This document shows positions 57,311-64,000 of a stretch of 64,000 bases of DNA, one piece after another. Both the position numbers and the translations under genes were made by a program. The stretch is from Lachnospiraceae bacterium (GTDB lineage Bacteria > Bacillota > Clostridia > Lachnospirales > Lachnospiraceae). A model generated the notes under the pieces. The model did not search any database. It had not been told where the DNA came from and worked only from the letters and a program-made list of their open reading frames with translations. The stretch lies in contig JAZNMO010000128.1 of NCBI GenBank assembly GCA_045579665.1, positions 961-64,960 of the forward strand, read 5' to 3'. Position 1 is the first letter of the stretch; each line of letters starts with the position of its first letter.

Positions 57311-58490
57311 AATACAGCTTCTCTCCTGTAAAAATTTTCTCCATCTCGCGTATATCGCGAAGCGACAACTCACTATGATTTAAGACACCTGTGTCAATCT
57401 TACGCTTCATAATTGCACCGGCAATCTTACCATAGTCTACGTCCGTTTTCTGTTCCTTGGCCGACAAATATGTAATTGACGACACTACCGCATCTGCCAA
57501 CAACACAGCTGCCGTTTCTCTCATTCGTATCTTCTCTGTCTTATGAATGTACTCCTGCAAGATACGCTGTGCCATTGGTGGAAACTTATACTGTTTGCAA
57601 AGCTCCTCTAATGATTTCTCCTCACTCTTGCACTCCAACACCATAATCTTATGATAATATGCCCCGGCCTTTGCCACATCCACATCCATACGAAGTGTAC
57701 GTGCTATCTTCTCTGCAAAATATGCTGTATGAATGGCATTGTAATAGGCTGCCTCATCCAACTCCTTATACTTTGCAATCAAAGCAAACTCCTGGTCATT
57801 AATATCCAAATAACGTCCTTTTTCCTTATCAATACCCTTTGCACAATACAATCTTAATACAAACATTACCAAAATAAAGGTAATAAAAATATTGATAATC
57901 GGCATCAGAAACTGCTCAAAATCCAAAGCACCTGTACTTTGAAATACTACACTTCCAATCAATGAACATGCATATAACAATACTGCTACAAACATAGAGC
58001 TTCCTGTCTTGAAGTTCTCATCCAAATGCTCAAAAAGAACTGCAAAAATCGCGCCAAGCAGAAAATACATCAAAAACGTTAATACATTGGCATTTGCCAA
58101 ATATACACAAAGCCCCAAAACACCTGCATATGCAATCATTCCTGTTGCTGTATTGGAAAACAGAGTAAATGCCAAAGCAAATACCGCAAATACCCAACCA
58201 CTGGTAGGTAGAAGCGGAAATGCACAGCTTGCTCCAACTCCTATCATAAACAAAACCGAAAATCTGCCAAAATGCTTACCATTCTCATAATGCAGCTTAC
58301 CCAATACATAGGACTGCACAAACGAAAAAATCACAGCCCCATAGCATGCTGTTGTCACTATAAAAAGCAAAAATATATCTCGAAATGTCTTACCGTACAG
58401 GTATGCCGCCCCTGCGGTTAATACCACAGACACCAAAAGCAGCAAAATCATCCATACAACCTTAAGCCATTTTGCTTCTTCCTTCTTCAT
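57288..58490 (-). CDS. 7TM + degenerate HD-domain protein (PgpH/YqfF-like position)
   Basis: between phoH and ybeY; AGAYYHKI (HD to HK), ETAAVLLADAV. Confidence 0.7.
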   Translation of the reverse strand: MKKEEAKWLKVVWMILLLLVSVVLTAGAAYLYGKTFRDIFLLFIVTTACYGAVIFSFVQSYVLGKLHYENGKHFGRFSVLFMIGVGASCAFPLLPTSGWVFAVFALAFTLFSNTATGMIAYAGVLGLCVYLANANVLTFLMYFLLGAIFAVLFEHLDENFKTGSSMFVAVLLYACSLIGSVVFQSTGALDFEQFLMPIINIFITFILVMFVLRLYCAKGIDKEKGRYLDINDQEFALIAKYKELDEAAYYNAIHTAYFAEKIARTLRMDVDVAKAGAYYHKIMVLECKSEEKSLEELCKQYKFPPMAQRILQEYIHKTEKIRMRETAAVLLADAVVSSITYLSAKEQKTDVDYGKIAGAIMKRKIDTGVLNHSELSLRDIREMEKIFTGEKLYYDFLRRE

Positions 58491-58506
58491 CAGTTATATA
58501 CCCCTT

Positions 58507-59529
58507 TTATCTTGGTTTCTTATTACGCGCAGTTTTAGAAAAGCCTTCCTGGCTCCTTGACTGCTTCTTCAGCTCATTACTCTCATATACCTCATAAGCC
58601 TTAACAATCTTTTGTACCAACGGATGTCTGACAACATCCTTACTGGTCATACGAATAAATGCGATATCATTAATCTTACCTAAGACCTTTTCAGCCACAT
58701 CTAAGCCGGACTGCGTACCCACTGCCAAATCCTTCTGAGACGCATCACCTGTAACAATAACCTTGGAGCCAAAGCCGATACGTGTCAAAAACATCTTCAT
58801 CTGGGCAGGTGTTGTATTCTGTGCTTCATCTAGAATGATATAGGCATTATCCAAGGTTCGTCCTCGCATATATGCCAGTGGCGCAACCTCAATTAACCCC
58901 TTCTCCATATTCTTCTGGAAGCTGTCTGCACCCATAATCTGATACAACGCATCATATAACGGTCTTAAATAGGGGTCTACCTTACTCTGCAAATCCCCCG
59001 GTAAAAATCCAAGCTTCTCTCCTGCTTCAATCGCCGGACGAGTCAGAATAATTCTCTCCACCTCATGATTCTTAAACGCTGTAATCGCCATCGCCATTGC
59101 CAGATAAGTCTTACCTGTTCCTGCCGGTCCAAGTCCAAATACAATCATATTCTTCCGAATCGCATTGATATAATCAAGCTGTCCTTTGGTCTTTGGCTTA
59201 ATTGGCTTACCACTGATACTATGGCAAATACACTCTGTATCAATATCCAGCAAAGACTGGTCATCATCCTCTTTGGCAAGCTCCAATCCATAGTTCACAT
59301 TCTGCTCCTGTATCTGATTGCCACGCTTAGAAAGCTCCACCAGATCCTGCATTAGCTTTACAGCCCTCTTTACAGCATCCTGCTCGCCTGTAATCCGAAC
59401 CTCACCGTTTCTATCTGTAATGATAACATCTAAATCATCCTCTATCTTCTTAATATAGGTATCATAGCCGCCAAAAATATTCTGCATATGCTCAGCAGCT
59501 ATCTGCATTCCCACCTGATAATCTCCCAC
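58507..59529 (-). CDS. phoH: PhoH-family ATPase
   Basis: GPAGTGKT, RPAIEAGEKLGFLPGD, LDEAQN, DVVRHPLV. Confidence 0.95.
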   Translation of the reverse strand: MGDYQVGMQIAAEHMQNIFGGYDTYIKKIEDDLDVIITDRNGEVRITGEQDAVKRAVKLMQDLVELSKRGNQIQEQNVNYGLELAKEDDDQSLLDIDTECICHSISGKPIKPKTKGQLDYINAIRKNMIVFGLGPAGTGKTYLAMAMAITAFKNHEVERIILTRPAIEAGEKLGFLPGDLQSKVDPYLRPLYDALYQIMGADSFQKNMEKGLIEVAPLAYMRGRTLDNAYIILDEAQNTTPAQMKMFLTRIGFGSKVIVTGDASQKDLAVGTQSGLDVAEKVLGKINDIAFIRMTSKDVVRHPLVQKIVKAYEVYESNELKKQSRSQEGFSKTARNKKPR

Positions 59530-59532
59530 TTC

Positions 59533-60792
59533 TTACTCCTCCTGTGCATCCAATGCACCTTCCAATATATCCTTATCTGTAACCGATTCTAAAAGAACAG
59601 AATCAATCGCTCCCCTTGTGCCTGTTTTCTTATTCACAAGGAGTTCTCCCTTCATATACATACTTTTCGTATCATTACTTATTTTAACATTTTTTTCAAT
59701 AATTTGAACCCCTTTTCCCTCTAAAGTTTCCATAAAATGTCGAAAATTATCATACAACATAGTTTCCATCTCATTTTGTGTATGTTCAAGGTAACATAAT
59801 TGATATTCTTTATAGAATACTGTTCCATAAAACAAGGGCAAATAAATATCCTCTAATATTGAGGATTGCCATTTTTGCGAGATTTTTTCGTATAACTCAA
59901 AATTTTTCATAAATCCCGGTATCTCATATCTCTTACCACCTACCTCAATAAAAAAACAATTCTGCACTCTTCCTGTATATTCCATAATGGAATATCGTTT
60001 CTCAATGCAATCCGAATAGGACATCAGGGTATTCAAATATACATCTGCATCAGCCTCATACACCTGATAATCAATCACTGTTAACGCCTCATCATATACA
60101 GGCACTAAGCCCTCTACCAATATCTGTCCTACTTCTACCTGGTCTCCTGCCTTCACCTTAGGAACTCCACTTCTTGTAATAATTGATGTAACCGTCCCTG
60201 CCTCCGTGGCCACCAGATTACTTCCCTTACAAGTCACATCCTTTTCATAATGTTTTACCTCATTTTCCTTTATCTCCACACAAAGCTTTGTACCTTCCAG
60301 ATAAATCGATGTCCATGTTACTATCGGAAACTCTTCCCGTAAACTTTTCTCCAATTCTTCCATCTGTAGTTCATCCTTGGCAATACCATAATATATATTT
60401 TGCATCTGTATAAAATCTTTTAATTCATCATTACTAATATGACTATTTCCTATATATTCAATCGCCCACACATAGCCATCTACTGCATTTAATAACAACA
60501 GACATCCAAACAGGCAAAGCAGAAAGCATATCCTTCTTCTCAGCTTCTGCAGCAAAAAAGGTATCCCTACCTTTTCCATCACCTTTATTTTGGTATAGGT
60601 TTTCTTGAATAGCGGAATCATTTGAAATAAATCCTTCACAAGAATATTGCAGCATACTCCATCTTCCTCATGCTTAATATTTCTTAATATAATGCCATGT
60701 GTTTTGCACATATTAAACAGCCTGAGAATTTCCTTTCCTTTTAACAACACCCTCACATAGCCCTTTATATAATACCTTAATCTATGAACCAA
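59533..60792 (-). CDS. yqfD: sporulation protein YqfD
   Basis: GD.V..GQILV.G motif; synteny yqfC-yqfD-phoH. Confidence 0.85.
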   Translation of the reverse strand: MVHRLRYYIKGYVRVLLKGKEILRLFNMCKTHGIILRNIKHEEDGVCCNILVKDLFQMIPLFKKTYTKIKVMEKVGIPFLLQKLRRRICFLLCLFGCLLLLNAVDGYVWAIEYIGNSHISNDELKDFIQMQNIYYGIAKDELQMEELEKSLREEFPIVTWTSIYLEGTKLCVEIKENEVKHYEKDVTCKGSNLVATEAGTVTSIITRSGVPKVKAGDQVEVGQILVEGLVPVYDEALTVIDYQVYEADADVYLNTLMSYSDCIEKRYSIMEYTGRVQNCFFIEVGGKRYEIPGFMKNFELYEKISQKWQSSILEDIYLPLFYGTVFYKEYQLCYLEHTQNEMETMLYDNFRHFMETLEGKGVQIIEKNVKISNDTKSMYMKGELLVNKKTGTRGAIDSVLLESVTDKDILEGALDAQEE

Positions 60793-60807
60793 GCTTACAC
60801 CTCGAAT

Positions 60808-61089
60808 CTACTTAATCATCTTTACTTCCTGAATCATTCCTGAAACCTTCATATCCTCGTCCGAATAATAAGCAATTGACAGTCCCCTTCCGCAAATCAC
60901 GATTTTACAACAAAATCCCTTTATCACAATCTCACAACAGGAATAGGCCAAAATCCCCTTGTAATTTTCTATATACAAATCCGTCCCGCCTATCATATGT
61001 ATTAAGGTTTCATTTACAATCAAATCTCTAGGCAGTGCAAATGTATCAGCAAACCGTTCACTTATGCTAAGCCTTTCTACCTTCTTCAT
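60808..61089 (-). CDS. yqfC: YqfC/YabP-family sporulation protein
   Basis: IENYKGIL.Y..I.G..L.I..G.I. Confidence 0.85.
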   Translation of the reverse strand: MKKVERLSISERFADTFALPRDLIVNETLIHMIGGTDLYIENYKGILAYSCCEIVIKGFCCKIVICGRGLSIAYYSDEDMKVSGMIQEVKMIK

Positions 61090-61175
61090 GTAACATAATC
61101 CTCATTTCCCTATTCTCCATTAAGATTTACATATAAAAATGGAGCGTAGAAATTCCACACTCCATTCTATGCATC

Positions 61176-62489
61176 TTATTCTGTTACAATGCCTTTTATC
61201 AATTTTTTCTTTGTCACAACACAATCACTTATCTGATATGCCGAAAGGAATCTCTCCTTAGCCGCCTCTAGTTTCCCTCTGTCATTTGCATGAATCTCGG
61301 CAAGTGCTTCTCCCTCGGAAACATAATCTCCAACCTTTTTCTTTAACACAAGACCTACCGATAAATCAATCTCGCTCTCCTTTGTTTCCCGACCGCCGCC
61401 TAATACAAGGGAACATATACCAATTTCATCACAAACTATCTTCTCAATATATCCGGTCTTAGGCGATGGAATATCCTCAACAATACTTGCCTTTGGTAAT
61501 CTTTCAGGATGATATACCTGCTCTCTGCTTCCACCCTGTGCTTCAATAAAGTCTGCCAGCTTCTCCAAAGCACTACCATTCTCTATCACTGCCACAAGTT
61601 TTATTCTTGCCTCTTCTACCGTTGATGCCTGATTTGCTGCCACTACCATATAAGAACCAAGCGTCAGGCATAGCTCAACAAAATCCTCTGGTCCTTTTCC
61701 GTTTAATGTTTCAATGGCTTCCTTTACCTCCAACGCATTTCCTACTGCATAACCTAGAGGCTGATCCATATCCGAAATTACCGCAACAGTATTTCTTCCT
61801 GCCCCATTTCCAATCCTTACCATTTCTCTTGCTAACGCAAAGGAATCCTCCTCTGTTTTCATAAATGCACCACTTCCGGTCTTTACATCCAACACAATAG
61901 CATCCGCTCCCGCTGCAAGCTTTTTACTCATGATCGAGGACGCTATCAAAGACATATTATCTACAGTTGCGGTTACATCTCTAAGCGCATACAGCTTCTT
62001 ATCTGCTGGCGCCAAGTCAGCTGTTTGGCCCATGATAGAAACCCCAATACTGTTTACATTATCCTTAAACTGTTGCTCACTAATCCCTGTAGAAAAGCCT
62101 TCAAAGCTCTCCAACTTATCTATCGTTCCCCCAGTGTGCCCCAAGCCTCTTCCGCTCATCTTCGCTACTGGCACACCCAAAGCTGCCACCATAGGAGTCA
62201 ATGCAAGGGACGTCTTATCACCAACACCTCCTGTTGAATGCTTATCGACCTTAATTCCACGAATATCACTCAAGTCCAGCATATCGCCGCTATGTGCCAT
62301 CGCCATGGTAAGTGCCAGCGTCTCATCCTCTGTCATCCCCTGAAAATAAATTGCCATCATCATAGCGGACATCTGGTAATCCGGAATCTCACCCTTGGTA
62401 TAGTTTTCTATCATAAACGCAATTTCATCTGCTGTTAATTCTCCTCCATTACGTTTCTTCATAATCAAATCATACATTCTCATATACAC
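61176..62489 (-). CDS. pdp: pyrimidine-nucleoside phosphorylase
   Basis: [38 protein letters not shown]. Confidence 0.95.
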   Translation of the reverse strand: MYMRMYDLIMKKRNGGELTADEIAFMIENYTKGEIPDYQMSAMMMAIYFQGMTEDETLALTMAMAHSGDMLDLSDIRGIKVDKHSTGGVGDKTSLALTPMVAALGVPVAKMSGRGLGHTGGTIDKLESFEGFSTGISEQQFKDNVNSIGVSIMGQTADLAPADKKLYALRDVTATVDNMSLIASSIMSKKLAAGADAIVLDVKTGSGAFMKTEEDSFALAREMVRIGNGAGRNTVAVISDMDQPLGYAVGNALEVKEAIETLNGKGPEDFVELCLTLGSYMVVAANQASTVEEARIKLVAVIENGSALEKLADFIEAQGGSREQVYHPERLPKASIVEDIPSPKTGYIEKIVCDEIGICSLVLGGGRETKESEIDLSVGLVLKKKVGDYVSEGEALAEIHANDRGKLEAAKERFLSAYQISDCVVTKKKLIKGIVTE

Positions 62490-62656
62490 TTGCCCCCTTT
62501 TATTATAAATCTTTACTTTCTATTTTATCATATACACTAAAAAAGAGTCCACTTTTTATAGTACAAGAAGACCTCTGTGAAGTATGTCTATTAAGTAATT
62601 ATACTTTATCTTAGCACTTACTCCACAAAAATTCTTATATATTATCAAGCTTTCCA

Positions 62657-62685
62657 TTGACAAGCAAACCAAAATATGCTAGCAT
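62657..62685 (+). promoter_or_regulatory. sigma70 promoter firing antisense into the 3' end of 62721-63479
   Basis: TTGACA-N17-TAGCAT with TG extended -10. Confidence 0.7.
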
Positions 62686-62692
62686 TCAAAAC

Positions 62693-62754
62693 AAGAAACG
62701 ACGTTTATTACCGTACAGTGTTATTGCTCAAGCGGGCTACGCGTTTCTTTTTTT
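62693..62754 (+). ncRNA. putative ~60-nt hairpin RNA antisense to the 3' end of the HTH/LPD3-like gene
   Basis: AAGAAACG/CGTTTCTT closing stem starts at predicted +1; inner CGT/ACG and CCG/CGG; ends in T7. Confidence 0.55.
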
Positions 62755-63479
62755 ATTCTTATAAAATCATATAGATACAATTTTCCATCCGCATCGCATC
62801 TAACTAACATCCTTGTTGAAAAAATATTATATCCGATCAACTCCCCTTTTTCATCATAGACTGGAATTCCAAACCGCGTATCATATCGATACCAACCATG
62901 TTTAGCTTTTGCCTTATGTTTCTTATTATAGTCTGGGTACTCTGTTTTATTTACAGCGATTTGAATCAGCTCCCCTACGACTGTTATCATATTTGCTTTT
63001 GCTTTTTCGTTTGCACCTTTTAAACTTATTCTATCGTTGGAGCGTGCAAACTCGTCAGGAAAATCAGTTCCAATATATATTTTTTCTGCCGATTCCGCTA
63101 TCTCAAAACAACTGCCGATATATTCCTTTAAATATTCTTCAATCGCATTCCAATCAATAATTCGACGTGATTTAAATCGAATATCATTAATTAAAACCAC
63201 TTTTTTACCTTCTGCATCACAAATTACATTTACATTTTGTACGATATCTGCACGTTTCTGCTCTTCTACTGTCTTACTAAGCGCATCGAGCTTCACTTTA
63301 TATGCAAGAAGCCGTAGTAAATAGTTCGGCATTTTCCTCTTTCCATGTTCCCAATCTTCAAGTGTTCGAAGAGGTATTCCATATTCCATAGCAAACTCTT
63401 TACGATTTAAACCAATTTCATTACGTAACATATGTAGTTCTTTCTGCTGTACTTCTAATTCTATCTCTTTTTCTTTCAA
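62721..63479 (-). CDS. XRE-HTH fused to LPD3/BECR-like domain
   Basis: GLNRKEFAMEYGIPLRTLEDWEHGKR HTH; KAKAN..ELI..HKAKAKHGWYRYDTRF..LYDFIRIKKE; TTG start with GAGGAGG SD. Confidence 0.75.
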   Translation of the reverse strand: MKEKEIELEVQQKELHMLRNEIGLNRKEFAMEYGIPLRTLEDWEHGKRKMPNYLLRLLAYKVKLDALSKTVEEQKRADIVQNVNVICDAEGKKVVLINDIRFKSRRIIDWNAIEEYLKEYIGSCFEIAESAEKIYIGTDFPDEFARSNDRISLKGANEKAKANMITVVGELIQIAVNKTEYPDYNKKHKAKAKHGWYRYDTRFGIPVYDEKGELIGYNIFSTRMLVRCDADGKLYLYDFIRIKKETRSPLEQ

Positions 63480-63508
63480 ATATGTGCCTCCTCTTGCGCT
63501 TTGCGCTA

Positions 63509-63558
63509 ACGCATTGCGTGGTCAAATAAGAATAACATAGTTTCAATGTAATTGTCAA
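63509..63558 (-). promoter_or_regulatory. promoter and candidate palindromic operator of the HTH fusion gene
   Basis: TTGACA-N18-TATTCT (TG ext.) on - strand; ACGCATTGCGT palindrome at 63509-63519. Confidence 0.5.
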
Positions 63559-63623
63559 TTGTGTTTCCTGTTCTTAAAAGGTATAATAGAACGTGAATTT
63601 TTAAATTCATAGAAGGGGGATTT

Positions 63624-63944
63624 ATGAAGGTCGATTTACACATTCATTCAACTTATTCTGATAGTTCACGCTCACCGGAAGAAATAGTTGCTCTTGAAAA
63701 AGAAAGAAACGTATCATTGATTTCAATATGTGATCATGCAACCATAGGTGCGTATGATACGTTACCACAGATTTGTTCTGAAAATAATATAAAATACGTT
63801 TTAGGTGTTGAATTTTGTCACAAGAATGACATGAGAATTACCGGAGGCTGTGATTGCCATGGTGCTTTTGATAAGAGCGAAGGTTTTACGATAGGAGCAT
63901 TAGACATATATTCTCCGATGCTTGATTTAAAAGGAATTATTTAA
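63624..63944 (+). pseudogene. PHP-domain protein with apparent internal deletion
   Basis: DLHIHSTYSD, ICDH and GVE joined directly to terminal TGGCDCHG; only 106 aa. Confidence 0.6.
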
Positions 63945-64000
63945 TCTATTACACTCAAAGAGAAACTCTTCGAAAATTCTTGAAACACCTGGAAAAAATT

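Overview
Firmicute chromosome segment (Clostridia/Lachnospiraceae-like by gene content: sporulation yqfC-yqfD, phoH-ybeY, proBA, pdp). It carries an apparently complete ~40.3-kb temperate prophage (att cores 4641-4660 and 44914-44933) with a podovirus-like gene set, a large serine recombinase and an RnlAB defence cassette. The prophage is integrated in miaB and restores the gene with its own 5' end and promoter. The most novel-looking signal is an architecture seen twice. A related putative RNase-fold (LPD3/BECR-like) domain occurs inside the 3012-aa phage polyvalent protein and again in a chromosomal HTH fusion. In both, the 3' end is overlapped on the opposite strand by a sigma70-type promoter, a 60-70-nt hairpin RNA and a U-tract, which suggests an RNA-antitoxin-like module (inference). 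Other notable signals: a 14-bp palindrome TTGCGAYGTCGCAA found 10 times inside prophage genes in all three frames and not seen in the host flanks; four copies of a 31-bp promoter box; a phage Prp protease with its target motifs; and tandem repressors sharing a C-terminal tail. All family names come from motif recall, not database searches.
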